NCBI GenBank assembly: GCA_938002085.1
Contig: CALLAT010000009.1
Coordinates: 75,450-139,449 of the forward strand
DNA length: 64,000 nucleotides
Direction: 5' to 3'
From: an uncultured Pseudanabaenaceae cyanobacterium
GTDB lineage: Bacteria > Cyanobacteriota > Cyanobacteriia > PCC-9006 > JAAUQQ01
The first letter of the stretch is position 1; every line of letters starts with the position of its first letter. The notes under the pieces were generated by a model. That model ran no database searches and was not told the DNA's origin. It saw only the letters and a list, made by a program, of their open reading frames with translations. Made by a program: the position numbers and the translations under genes. Shown here one piece after another: positions 52,778 to 62,829 of this stretch.

Positions 52778-52810
52778 GATCCCCCGATGCTGTCAAAGCA
52801 TCGGGGGATC
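52778..52810. terminator. Hairpin between convergent genes (ORF 52217-52708 and aspS), possible bidirectional terminator
   Basis: 13-bp perfect stem gatcccccgatgc / gcatcgggggatc with a 7-nt loop. T-rich flanks on both strands. Confidence 0.5.
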
Positions 52811-52836
52811 TGTTGTCTAGAAGCTTGACCTAACGA

Positions 52837-54642
52837 TTATTCTTCGTCTTCCTCACTCTTAGGAACATAGGTGGACTTCACTTCCAGCTCCTCCAACTGT
52901 GCGTCATCCACATTAGATGGTGCATCGGTGAGGAGGCAGCGGGCCTGCTGGGTCTTGGGGAAGGCGATGGTGTCGCGAATGGACTCGGAGCCGGTCATGA
53001 GCATGACGATGCGATCCAAGCCGAAGGCGATGCCGCCGTGGGGCGGGGTGCCGTATTCGAAGGCGTTGAGCAGGAAGCCGAATTTCTCCTGAGCTTCTTC
53101 GTCGCTGAGGCCGATCGCCGCAAAAACCTTCTCCTGCACATCCCGCTTGTAAATCCGCAAACTACCGCCACCTAGCTCAGTGCCATTCAGCACCATGTCA
53201 TAGGCAACGGCGCGGGCAGTCTTGAGGTCATCAATGTCCTCAGGATTAGGCGCGGTGAAGGGGTGGTGCAGGGCCTCCAGGCGCTTCTCATCTTCATTCC
53301 ACTCAAACATGGGGAATTCCGTCACCCAGAGGAAGTTGAGCTGGTCCTCTTCGTAGAGCTTCATTTCCTTGGCGACAAACTGGCGCACGCGGTCCAGGGA
53401 CTTGTTGACCGTGCCTTCGTCTGCCGCACCAAACAGCAACAGGGTGCCGGGCTGGGCATCGGTGCGCTTGAGGATTTCTGCCTTCATCTCATCGGTGAGG
53501 CCCTTTTGAATCGCGCCGATGGTGTCCATTTCGCCGCCTTCGCGGACGCGGATGTAAGCCAAGCCCTTGGCACCAGCTTCCGCGGCTTCGCGGAAGATGT
53601 CGCCGCCAGGCTTGATGCGGACGTTAGAGATGACGTCGTTGCCGCCGGGGATGGGCAGGATTTTGACGATGCCGCCGCCCTTGATGGTGCCGGAGAAGAC
53701 TTTGAAGCCGCAGTCTGCCAAGACATCACTGACGTTGACTAGCTCTAGGCCGTAGCGGGTGTCGGGGCGATCGCAGCCGTACCGCTCCATCGAATCCTTA
53801 TAGGTGATGCGAGGGAAGGGCCGGGGCAGGTCGATGCCTTTGACTTCTTTGAACACATGGCTAATTAAGGCTTCGTTGAGGTCGAGGATTTCTTCCTCGC
53901 TCATGAAGCTCATTTCCATGTCCAGCTGGGTGAACTCGGGTTGGCGATCGGCGCGGAGGTCTTCGTCGCGGAAGCAGCGGGCCACTTGGTAGTAGCGATC
54001 GCAGCCGGACACCATCAGCAGTTGCTTGAACAGCTGGGGCGACTGGGGTAGGGCAAACCATTCGCCCAGGTTGACGCGGGAGGGCACGATGAAATCGCGA
54101 GCGCCTTCGGGGGTGGACTTGTTGAGAATCGGCGTCTCAATTTCCATAAAGCCTTCCTGGTCCTCCAGGAAGCGGCGCACGGCCTTGACCACGGAATGGC
54201 GGGTTTGCAGGTTCTGGGCCATGCGGCTGCGGCGCAGATCCAGGTAGCGATACTTCAGGCGCAGTTCTTCGCGAACATTTTCTTCGGCGTCGGCGGAGGA
54301 GACTTGGAAGGGTAGCTGCTTATTGACAGTGTTGAGCAGTTCGATGCTATCGGCGTAGATCTCAATGTCGCCGGTTTTCAAGCGGGGGTTCACTGCACCG
54401 CCTTCGCGACCGCTGACCCGCCCGGTGATTTTGGCGACGTACTCGTTGCGCAGCTTGTCCGCCTGGGGGTAAGACTCGGGGGTGCGCTCGGGGTCGCTGA
54501 CGATTTGCACCACGCCCATACGATCGCGCAGGTCAATAAACACCACGCCCCCGTGGTCCCGGCGACGATCCACCCAACCAAATAGGGTCACGGTTTCGTC
54601 GATGTGCTGGGCGGTCAATTCGCCGCAGTAATGGGTTCTCAT
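52837..54642 (-). CDS. aspS: Aspartate--tRNA ligase
   Basis: 601 aa. N-terminal OB-fold [10 protein letters not shown]...[20 protein letters not shown]. Class II aaRS motifs [18 protein letters not shown] and GGIAFGLDR. Confidence 0.95.
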   Translation of the reverse strand: MRTHYCGELTAQHIDETVTLFGWVDRRRDHGGVVFIDLRDRMGVVQIVSDPERTPESYPQADKLRNEYVAKITGRVSGREGGAVNPRLKTGDIEIYADSIELLNTVNKQLPFQVSSADAEENVREELRLKYRYLDLRRSRMAQNLQTRHSVVKAVRRFLEDQEGFMEIETPILNKSTPEGARDFIVPSRVNLGEWFALPQSPQLFKQLLMVSGCDRYYQVARCFRDEDLRADRQPEFTQLDMEMSFMSEEEILDLNEALISHVFKEVKGIDLPRPFPRITYKDSMERYGCDRPDTRYGLELVNVSDVLADCGFKVFSGTIKGGGIVKILPIPGGNDVISNVRIKPGGDIFREAAEAGAKGLAYIRVREGGEMDTIGAIQKGLTDEMKAEILKRTDAQPGTLLLFGAADEGTVNKSLDRVRQFVAKEMKLYEEDQLNFLWVTEFPMFEWNEDEKRLEALHHPFTAPNPEDIDDLKTARAVAYDMVLNGTELGGGSLRIYKRDVQEKVFAAIGLSDEEAQEKFGFLLNAFEYGTPPHGGIAFGLDRIVMLMTGSESIRDTIAFPKTQQARCLLTDAPSNVDDAQLEELEVKSTYVPKSEEDEE

Positions 54643-54778
54643 GGGCTCGGGGGCTAGCGTGGGTAAGTTGACAAACGTTTATTATCCAACATGGTCTGCC
54701 CGCTGGTGTAAAGCTTTCTGACCAATTCTCATTCAAGAGCGAAATTTGTTCAGAATCGTTGGCGTGAGTCTGGTGCTT

Positions 54779-55372
54779 TTACGCTTGGGCTGGGCTCCTT
54801 GTACTGGGCCTGAGGCTGTAGTAACGCCACATCTTGTCGTAGAGCAAAATGTCGTTGCGGTAGGCCATGCCAAGCTTTTGGGCGACGCGGATGGAGGCCT
54901 TATTGTCAGGGCTGATTAGAGCGGCAATGCGAGGCAGCTGGAGCAGTTCAAACCCATAGCGAAGGATTTCGCGGCTAGCTTCGGTGGCGAGGCCCTGACC
55001 CCAGTGGGACTGGGCGATGAGGTAGTTGAGTTCGACGGTTTGCAAGTTGGGGGAGATTTCTAGCCCGGCATGGCCAATGAGTTGGGGCTCGGATTGGGTA
55101 GGCTCTGCTTTGTCCAAAGGGCTGTTCTTGTCCGAATGGCTGTTCTTACATAGCAGCATCCAGCGGCCAAAGCCATGGTCGCTCCAGTGGGCCAGGATGA
55201 TTTCGAAGGCAATTTCGCTTTGCTTAAAGTCGAGTGGGCTGCTGTTGCTGCGGTATTGGGCGACGGCGGGGTTGGCGTAGATTTTGGCCAGGGTGGGGAG
55301 GTCGGCGGGGGTGGGCGATCGCAAGATTAGCCGAGGCGTTTCCAATCTCTGGTCAGCTGTCCATTGCGTCAT
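54779..55372 (-). CDS. GNAT-family N-acetyltransferase (RimJ/RimL-like)
   Basis: LETPRLILRSPTPADLPTLAKIYANP N-terminal pattern typical of RimL-type acetyltransferases. Acetyl-CoA-binding-like QSHWGQGLATEASREIL. Confidence 0.8.
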   Translation of the reverse strand: MTQWTADQRLETPRLILRSPTPADLPTLAKIYANPAVAQYRSNSSPLDFKQSEIAFEIILAHWSDHGFGRWMLLCKNSHSDKNSPLDKAEPTQSEPQLIGHAGLEISPNLQTVELNYLIAQSHWGQGLATEASREILRYGFELLQLPRIAALISPDNKASIRVAQKLGMAYRNDILLYDKMWRYYSLRPSTRSPAQA

Positions 55373-55832
55373 TACTGCAAAACCGGGCAAGAGCTTGTGC
55401 AGCTTGCCCGATTTGTTTGGGGAAATCAAATTTTTGGCCTTTGTTGCCGTCTGTCTCAACAGTCCACCGATGAAGGGGGGGTGGAGGTGGAATCAATTTA
55501 GACGAGGCGATGTAGGCGCCTGGGAATGCGGATAAAATTCAACGGCTGGGCTTTTAGCCATGCTTCTGACATGGCAATGACATGCCACTACGAGGGATCT
55601 CCGCTTCGATAGATCTCGAAATTTCTGAATGATTAGGGTTGTGAATGCAACCTGACTCGACTCTCTCAATGATTGTTCTGTGTCTCAAGTAGAACAATGA
55701 CAGCAAACTCACCCGAACTCGAAACCTCTAGAAAAGGTAGATGACCTGACTCACCTGGGATTTTCCCGTCTCGATTTAGTCAGCGCGTGACGCTATGAGA
55801 CGTTGCACAAGGAAAACGATATCGAGGCTTGA

Positions 55833-56567
55833 TTAGCCTTGCTGACGGCGACGCAGGTGCTTCGCAGCGAACAAGCCAGCAATGGCCATACCAGCCATGC
55901 CAGTGGGCTCAGGCACCTTCTTGGTGTCGATGGGCGTGGTGCTGTCGTACCAACCTTGGCTTAGATAACCGAAGTCCTTCAAGGAACCATCAACGTTGTA
56001 ATCTGCCTCAAAGTCGTTGACACCGTGGAACCAGATGCCGACCTCGTCAGCGAAGCTGGTGCCTTCCCAGTCAGCACCGAGGTCAGTGCGGCCATTGATG
56101 GCAGTCATGTCGATGTCGAAGCTGAAGGTGCGCTCGTCAGTCCCCTCAGAAACGCTTAGATCCCAAGAGTCCAGGTAGACGCTGTTGGAATCCTGCCAGC
56201 TATTGCTGCCATTGACGCCGTTGTAGGTGTAAGCCGTGAGCTTCTCAGCATCGCCATCCATGTAGAACATGGTGTACTTTTGCTCGCCACCTTTGGGGTT
56301 CTTACCATCGCTAATAACTAACCAGCCGCCATCTGCTAGGTTCCCGTGGTTATTGGCGGTGAAGGTGGAACTCCAACTAAAGAGGTCCGTTTCATCATCG
56401 AAGGAGGTTTTAATTTCCTCGTAGTTACCTGCACGATTATTGATTGCAACGCCGGACGCAGGGTCGATGCTGGAATTAAATGAGAAGGTTGAAGCTTCGG
56501 CAACACTGCCTGCAAAAGCAATAACTGGTGTAACAAAGGCCAACCCAACAAGGGAAGTAATACGCAT
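55833..56567 (-). CDS. Secreted PEP-CTERM sorting-domain protein (paralogue A)
   Basis: Signal peptide. C-terminal VPEPTGMAGMAIAGLFAAKHLRRRQQG, which is PEP motif plus TM helix plus Arg cluster, the exosortase sorting signal. Confidence 0.75.
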   Translation of the reverse strand: MRITSLVGLAFVTPVIAFAGSVAEASTFSFNSSIDPASGVAINNRAGNYEEIKTSFDDETDLFSWSSTFTANNHGNLADGGWLVISDGKNPKGGEQKYTMFYMDGDAEKLTAYTYNGVNGSNSWQDSNSVYLDSWDLSVSEGTDERTFSFDIDMTAINGRTDLGADWEGTSFADEVGIWFHGVNDFEADYNVDGSLKDFGYLSQGWYDSTTPIDTKKVPEPTGMAGMAIAGLFAAKHLRRRQQG

Positions 56568-57164
56568 TTTCGGGAACTCCACGTTCGCTTTGGTTCGTAA
56601 CTATACCTATCGTATATACACGGAAATTTGATTGGGAAAAGGTGACGTGAATCTACGGTCTAAAAGTATGTTTAATTGCTCAATTAACCTCTGGTATTGA
56701 TGTCTGTTAAGTTGGAGTATTTGTGATGAAGTTTGGCTTATTCTTCCAGATTTATTCTTGCTCGAAAAGTTGATAGGAAAATAGACTGAAAATTCCCCAG
56801 AGCAATTGTTGCTCTGGGGAATTGAGGGGCTCTATTGATTCTGATGCGTTGGGAGAGGTGTGACTTCTATGGAAGCTTGTGCAGCGATCGCCTTGTCCAG
56901 CCGATGAAGTGTGTGGCTGGTCTAGGTAAGCTCAAATCGTCAATATTTGGAAAATAATAATGCTCTGGGTCCAAGATGCAACCTAACCCAAGCTTTAATC
57001 CGTGATAATCACTCTCTTTCTCAAGGAGAGCATCCAGCAAATGCACCCGAACTACTAAACCTCTAGGAATGGTAGATGACCTGACTCTTCTCTAAACTTC
57101 TCTCAAGTCAGCCTGCATGGGGCTAGCTGAAACTCAACTCGTCAAATTGCAGGTACTGAGGTGC

Positions 57165-57875
57165 TTAGCCTTGCTGGCGACGGCGTAGGCTCTTGGCTGC
57201 AAGCAGACCTGCGACAGCGAGACCTGCCATGGCGCTGGGCTCAGGAACCCGCTCAGCCACTTGGTTCTTGGTGTCGTACCAGCCCTGGCTCTCATAGCCA
57301 AACTGCTCCAAGGTGCCATCGGTGTTGTAAGCCACGTCGAGGTTGTTGACGGCGTGGAACCAGATCCCCACTTTGTCGTTGAACAAGGAGCCTTCCCAGG
57401 CTGCACCCAGGTCGGTGCGGCCGTTGATGGCGCTCATGTCAATGTCGAAACTGAAGGTGCGCTCGTCACCGTTGTTTTCAACATTGAGATCCCATGAATC
57501 GAGATAAACGCTATTGGCATCCTTCCAGCTGTTGCTACCGTTAACGCCGTTGTAGGTGTAAGCAGTCAGCTTGTTGTTGATGCCATCCATGTAGAACATG
57601 GTGTTTTCTTGCACGTGGGACTTGGGATTGGGGCCGTCGTTGAGTACGAGCCAAGCACCGTTCGCTAGGGTGCCGTCGACGGCGGAGAAGGTCGAACTCC
57701 AGGTAAGTCGCTCGGACTGGTCGTCAAAAGTCGTTGTGATGTTCTCAGAGGCAATGTTGCCGATTTTGCCACCACTTGTGTTGTCTTCGTAGATGAATGT
57801 GGAAGCTTCGGCGGTGCTTGCAAAGGCAATGATGGGAGCTGCAATAGCCAAGCCAACCAGGGAAGAAATACGCAT
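57165..57875 (-). CDS. Secreted PEP-CTERM sorting-domain protein (paralogue B)
   Basis: About 65% identical to paralogue A (shared TAYTYNGVNGSNSW.D.NSVYLDSWDL...DERTFSFDIDM.AINGRTDLGA.WEG). C-terminal VPEPSAMAGLAVAGLLAAKSLRRRQQG. Confidence 0.75.
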   Translation of the reverse strand: MRISSLVGLAIAAPIIAFASTAEASTFIYEDNTSGGKIGNIASENITTTFDDQSERLTWSSTFSAVDGTLANGAWLVLNDGPNPKSHVQENTMFYMDGINNKLTAYTYNGVNGSNSWKDANSVYLDSWDLNVENNGDERTFSFDIDMSAINGRTDLGAAWEGSLFNDKVGIWFHAVNNLDVAYNTDGTLEQFGYESQGWYDTKNQVAERVPEPSAMAGLAVAGLLAAKSLRRRQQG

Positions 57876-58491
57876 TTTTTTGAACTCCGTTGTTTGATCT
57901 TCGTGTCTATACCTATCGTAAATATACGGGAATTTGATTGGGCAAAGTTAGTGTGAAACTACGGATAGAAAGTATGTCTAAAAGCTCAATTAATCTCTCG
58001 TATTACTCTGCCTAAAAAAATATAAAAGACGTGAAAGCTATCGTAAATTTCCGGGTTTATTCTTCCTTTAAGTACTTTTGGTCGCTTGATCTATGGGGGA
58101 GAATATTCAGATTCTGCTCTCTGCCCTTTAGTCTCCTCTCTGCATCAGGCGAGGAAAAATATGGACTGTAGAAAATAGGAATGGAGAGAAGTATGATTCG
58201 CTACGAACACGATTCCCTTGTTCTGAGACTGGTCTAAAAGCTACAGTTATGGGTGTTACAGCCCTCTGTAGGACTGCCTAGTCTGAATCGCGATAGTCTT
58301 AGATTCTGAACTCTCATTATGTGAACTGAGTGACAGGATTAGAAATTGCAATAGGGTAAAAATTGCGATCGCTGTCACAAGTGGTCCATCTATAGATAGA
58401 CTTATTTCAATGCAGAGTTTGATATTCATAGAATGAGTGGTGGGTCGATCCATCCTCAGCTGTTTCAGGTTCTCCTCACTGTGCGACTACC

Positions 58492-60216
58492 ATGACCCTG
58501 ATCAACCCGATACGATTCGATAATTTCAAAGGCGATGTCTTTGGCGGTCTGACCGCTGCAGTCATCGCCCTCCCCATGGCCCTGACCTTTGGCGTTAGCT
58601 CCGGTGCCGGTGCAACGGCTGGTCTCTACGGAGCCATTGTCATTGGTCTCATGGCTTCACTGTTTGGCGGCACGCCAACACTGATCTCTGAGCCCACTGG
58701 CCCAATGTTTGTGGTCTTTGCTCAAATCGTCCTTGACCTGACGGAACGCAGCGATGGCGACATGGCCAAGGGTCTCACCATGGCCTTCACCGTTGTGATG
58801 ATGGCGGGCGCATTGCAAATTCTGTTCGGCTTTCTAAAGCTGGGCAAGTACATCACGCAAATGCCCTATACGGTGATCTCTGGCTTTATGTCAGGCATCG
58901 GCATCATTCTGATGGTGTTGCAACTGCCACCGTTGCTGGGCTATGCCAGCCCCAAGGGCGGTGTCATCGGAACCTTGCAAGGCTTGCCGGGATTCATCAG
59001 CGCGGTCAATGTACCGGTACTGATGGTGGGCTTGGTTTGTATTGCAATTCTGTTTTTGACGCCTGCTCGAGTCAAGCGCACGGTGCCGCCTCAGCTGTTG
59101 GCTCTGGTAATCGCAACGGTGTTTTCCTTGGTGTTCTTCAGTGGTAACAACGCTGCGGGTGAGCCCCTGATTAGCCGCATTCCCCCCATTGAGAGTGCGT
59201 TGCCGACCCTGACGGTACCGACCTTCACGGCTGCAGATTTGAAGACCATGATGGTGGATGCTGGCATCTTGGCCATGCTGGGCAGTATTGATGCGCTGCT
59301 GACCTCTGTGGTGGCGGATAGCTTGACCCGAACAGAGCATGATTCCGATAAGGAGTTGATTGGTCAGGGCATTGGTAACTTGGCGTCCGGTTTTGTCGGT
59401 GGTCTACCGGGTGCTGGTGCCACGATGGGCACGGTGGTGAATATTCAGTCCGGGGGTCGCACTATTCTGTCAGGCATTGCTCGGGCAGCAATCTTGCTGA
59501 TTGTTGTACTGGGTGCGGCAAAGCTGACTGAACCCATCCCCATGGCTGTGCTTGCAGGTATCGCCTTCAAGGTGGGTCTAGATATTGTCGATTGGGATTT
59601 CTTGAAGCGGGCCCATCACCTGTCTTGGAAGGCCGCGATGATTCTGTACAGCGTCATCATTTTGACGGTGTTCGTGGATTTGATTACGGCGGTTGGTTTG
59701 GGCGTCTTTGTGGCTAACGTGCTGACGATTAATCGTTTGAGCAAGCTGCGTTCCGATGACGTTAAGGCTGTAACGGTCGCTGATGATGAAATTATGCTGC
59801 CGCCCAAGGAGAAGGCACTGCTGAACCAGGCCCATGGTCGGGTGTTGCTCTTAAGCTTGAGCGGTCCGATGATCTTTGGTGTGGCCAAGGCGATCGCCCA
59901 GGAACATGCCCTAGTAGACAAATATCGGGTGCTGTTGCTGGATCTCCATGAGGTGTCTCACATTGGTGTGACGGCATCGCTGGCGTTGGAAAATGCTTTG
60001 GAAGAGGCGTTGGAAAATAAACGCCATGTCTTCATTGTGGGCGCTGGCCCCAAGGTGCTGAAGCGTTTGGGTAAGCTGCGCGTTTGGCAGCAGATTCCGC
60101 CTGCGAATGTGTTGGATAGTCGTGAGGAGGCTTTGGAGCGGTCTATTGCTCTGTTGCCTGAAGCTGACTTGGTTGTCCCTGCTATGGGAGATGAGTCCCA
60201 GTTAGCTGGCGCATAA
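58492..60216 (+). CDS. SulP-family inorganic anion transporter with C-terminal STAS domain (sulfate permease / BicA-like)
   Basis: 574 aa, 10-12 TM helices, and a C-terminal STAS-like domain (...VLLLDLHEVSHIGVTASLALENALEE...). Confidence 0.9.
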   Translation: MTLINPIRFDNFKGDVFGGLTAAVIALPMALTFGVSSGAGATAGLYGAIVIGLMASLFGGTPTLISEPTGPMFVVFAQIVLDLTERSDGDMAKGLTMAFTVVMMAGALQILFGFLKLGKYITQMPYTVISGFMSGIGIILMVLQLPPLLGYASPKGGVIGTLQGLPGFISAVNVPVLMVGLVCIAILFLTPARVKRTVPPQLLALVIATVFSLVFFSGNNAAGEPLISRIPPIESALPTLTVPTFTAADLKTMMVDAGILAMLGSIDALLTSVVADSLTRTEHDSDKELIGQGIGNLASGFVGGLPGAGATMGTVVNIQSGGRTILSGIARAAILLIVVLGAAKLTEPIPMAVLAGIAFKVGLDIVDWDFLKRAHHLSWKAAMILYSVIILTVFVDLITAVGLGVFVANVLTINRLSKLRSDDVKAVTVADDEIMLPPKEKALLNQAHGRVLLLSLSGPMIFGVAKAIAQEHALVDKYRVLLLDLHEVSHIGVTASLALENALEEALENKRHVFIVGAGPKVLKRLGKLRVWQQIPPANVLDSREEALERSIALLPEADLVVPAMGDESQLAGA

Positions 60217-60242
60217 GCTTTAGCTGACGGTCATAAATTGTG

Positions 60243-60287
60243 AAAGCGCGGTCTGCCTGATTCAGGTGGGCCGCGCTTGGTTTTTTT
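60243..60287 (+). terminator. Rho-independent terminator after the SulP gene
   Basis: Stem aagcgcgg / ccgcgctt with a 19-nt loop, followed by GGTTTTTTT. Confidence 0.65.
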
Positions 60288-60288
60288 A

Positions 60289-60318
60289 GGCCATTGCCAT
60301 TGCCATTGCCATTGCCGA
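60289..60318. repeat. Hexanucleotide microsatellite (GCCATT)x4 plus a degenerate fifth unit
   Basis: gccattgccattgccattgccattgccgat is directly visible. It lies immediately after the terminator T-run. Confidence 0.85.
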
Positions 60319-60342
60319 TGGTGAAGGCAGTTCGGTACACCG

Positions 60343-60653
60343 GTAGGGACATGGCATCGCTATGTTCGCAGAGGAATGAATACCATGACAGGCATCTATG
60401 CGGTGGTTTTGATGCAGGTGTATTGGTCTTGGCATTGGCGGATATGGCACTGTCATGTCCGCCAATGCAATGTCTGCCACCGCCGTTGTGTTTATCCGAT
60501 GCAGCTGCCCACAATTCCATTCCATCCAACGATGTATAGGAATGTCCGAAAACGCGAAACGGCCAAGCATCTATGCAGATACCTGGCCGTTTTCGTTGCG
60601 TATGTCTAGGCCGGAGCTGACCGATGCCGGACATGGCGATGCCATGTCCCTAC
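60343..60653. repeat. Pair of 18-bp perfect inverted repeats (gtagggacatggcatcgc ... gcgatgccatgtccctac) bounding a ~310-bp non-coding segment; the right copy is itself a 9-bp-stem hairpin
   Basis: Left copy 60343-60360. Right copy 60636-60653, which is the exact reverse complement. The internal sequence shows further partial copies (ggcactgtcatgtccgcc, tgccggacatggcgatgcc). MITE-like or structured intergenic element. Confidence 0.55.
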
Positions 60654-60656
60654 GGG

Positions 60657-62594
60657 TTAACCTTCGCCGTCTTGCAGATAGGCTTCCAGCGCTGCCGCTG
60701 CCAAATCCCGCAGGGACTTGCCTTCTGCATCAGCTTTTTCCTTCAGGCGATCGTGGAGTGTAGGCGACAGCTCAACCCGCCAGCGCTTACGAGACGCGCC
60801 CTTCTTCGCCGTCTTAAAGGCATCGGGATTGGCTTTGTATTCTTCAGAGAAGGACCGTAGGGCATCGAAGCCCACGCGATCGCAGAAGTCTCCAAAGCTC
60901 TCACTGCGCTTGCGATCGCGCTTGAACTGCACAAACATCGGCTCCAGCTCAGCCTCAATCTCCGTCTCCTGCAACTTCTGCATATAGGGACGGGCCAAGC
61001 GAGTCTGGTTGGGGCAACCGCCGAGCCAGAGCTGGTAAGCATCATTGGCACTGCCAACGAAGCCGACTTCCGCCATATAGGGACGAGCGCAACCGTTGGG
61101 GCAACCCGTCATGCGAACAACGAAATGCTCATCCTTGGACAGGCCAACTTTGGTCATCGTTCCGCGAATGCGTTCCAGGATTCCAGGAATTGCCCGCTCC
61201 GACTCAATCATGGCCAAGCCACAAGTGGGCAGGGCCGGGCAGGCCATGGCGTAGCGTTCCAGCGGATCAACATCCGTTTCCTTGGCGACGCCGTGGCTAT
61301 CGAGAATGCCCTGGATGGTGTCCTTATCCTTGGGGTCAATCTCGTAAATGATGGCGTTGTGGTTAGCGGTTAGACGCGTGGGCAGGTGGAACTGCTCGAT
61401 GATCTTGCGCAGGGCCGCTTTGAGCCTAAAATTGCCCTCGTCCTTGACGCGACCATTGGCAATATTGATGCCCAGGAACAGCTTGCCATCGCCCTGATCG
61501 TTCCAGCCCAGGTAGTCCTCGTACTTGAAGGCCACCGTGGACTTGCTGGGTTGAATCTTCTTGCCGAAGTACTCTTCCAGCTTGGCGGTGAATTTTTCCA
61601 CGCCCCAGTCGTGCAGCAGGTACTTCATGCGGGCATGGCGACGGTTGACGCGATCGCCATAGTCCCGCTGGGTGCAAAGAATCGCCTTAACCAGGTCGTA
61701 GATATCCTCGGTGGCAACAAAGCCAATCGGATCCGCAGCCCGAGCAAAGGTCTCTTCCTTATTATGGGTGCGACCCAAGCCACCACCGGCATAGACGTTG
61801 AAGCCGAGGTGCTTGCCATCCTTGTCGCAAATCACCACCAGGCCAATGTCCTGGGTGAGGATATCGATGGAGTTATCGCCGGGCACCGTTACCGCAATTT
61901 TGAACTTGCGGGGCATGTAGTAGGTGCCGTAAAGGGGCTCCTCGCTGCCGTGCTTGATTGTGCCGTTGCCATTGCGCTGGCGAGCAGCTTTGACTTCGGG
62001 ATCTTCTTCTGCACTAATGGCCTTCTCGCCATCGAGCCAAATTTCGTAGTAAGCGCCGGTTTGAGGCGTTAGTAGATCGGCGATGTTATCGGCGTATTTC
62101 CAGGCCAGCTGGTAGTCCAGGCGATTCTTATAAGGCGCTGGCGGTGCCATGACGTTGCGGTTGAGATCACCGCAGGCTCCCAAGGTGGAGCCCATGTTCT
62201 TGATGATCGTGGAGATCACCGTTTTGATGTCTTTCTTGGGGATGCCATGGAGCTGGAATCCCTGGCGTGTGGTGATGCGCAGATTGCCGCAGCCAATATC
62301 GTCGGACATGGTATCCATGGCCAAGTACAGCTCTGGCGGAATGAAGCCCCCCGGATTGCGGGTGCGCAGCATCATGCTGTAGTCCTTCTCCTGGCCTGGC
62401 ACGCGCTTGAGGTCGCGATCGCTCTGCTGGTAGAAGCCGTGGAATTTGATGATTTGGGTCGCGTCTTTGCTGAAGTGGGTGGTGTCTTGCTTCAGCTCGG
62501 TGGCGACGGGCTCGCGCAGGAAATTACTGCGCTCCTTGATGCCCTCAAGTTTAGATTTTTTTTGCTCGGTGGATGCAGTAGCTGCTGGGGACAT
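60657..62594 (-). CDS. sir: Ferredoxin--sulfite reductase (siroheme/[4Fe-4S])
   Basis: 645 aa. Siroheme-Fe4S4 cysteine cluster motifs ...[10 protein letters not shown]... and ...[10 protein letters not shown]... The length is typical of cyanobacterial/plant Sir, and NirA is shorter. Confidence 0.85.
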   Translation of the reverse strand: MSPAATASTEQKKSKLEGIKERSNFLREPVATELKQDTTHFSKDATQIIKFHGFYQQSDRDLKRVPGQEKDYSMMLRTRNPGGFIPPELYLAMDTMSDDIGCGNLRITTRQGFQLHGIPKKDIKTVISTIIKNMGSTLGACGDLNRNVMAPPAPYKNRLDYQLAWKYADNIADLLTPQTGAYYEIWLDGEKAISAEEDPEVKAARQRNGNGTIKHGSEEPLYGTYYMPRKFKIAVTVPGDNSIDILTQDIGLVVICDKDGKHLGFNVYAGGGLGRTHNKEETFARAADPIGFVATEDIYDLVKAILCTQRDYGDRVNRRHARMKYLLHDWGVEKFTAKLEEYFGKKIQPSKSTVAFKYEDYLGWNDQGDGKLFLGINIANGRVKDEGNFRLKAALRKIIEQFHLPTRLTANHNAIIYEIDPKDKDTIQGILDSHGVAKETDVDPLERYAMACPALPTCGLAMIESERAIPGILERIRGTMTKVGLSKDEHFVVRMTGCPNGCARPYMAEVGFVGSANDAYQLWLGGCPNQTRLARPYMQKLQETEIEAELEPMFVQFKRDRKRSESFGDFCDRVGFDALRSFSEEYKANPDAFKTAKKGASRKRWRVELSPTLHDRLKEKADAEGKSLRDLAAAALEAYLQDGEG

Positions 62595-62829
62595 GATGGC
62601 TCTGAGATGGAGGAGAAATGGCCAGTCGAGGCCATAGCTAGACAGGTCGAATCGCTGACAGACCAGTTCTCAAGGCTGTGGGGCAAGGCTGGGGAGCATT
62701 GCGCCTTTGGGAGCCTCAGGTCAATCAGTGCTAATGACGACAGATTTAAATCCTAACATTGGATCCCAGCTAGAGAACATTTCCCTCACTGAAGTTTGGG
62801 AAACGCAATCCAAACCTCGACTTTAGGGG

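Noticed and set aside
60182-60634. 150-aa ORF containing GNGNGNG
   Set aside because: Its Gly-Asn run is just a translation of the (GCCATT)n microsatellite. It spans a terminator and inverted repeats. Not a credible gene.
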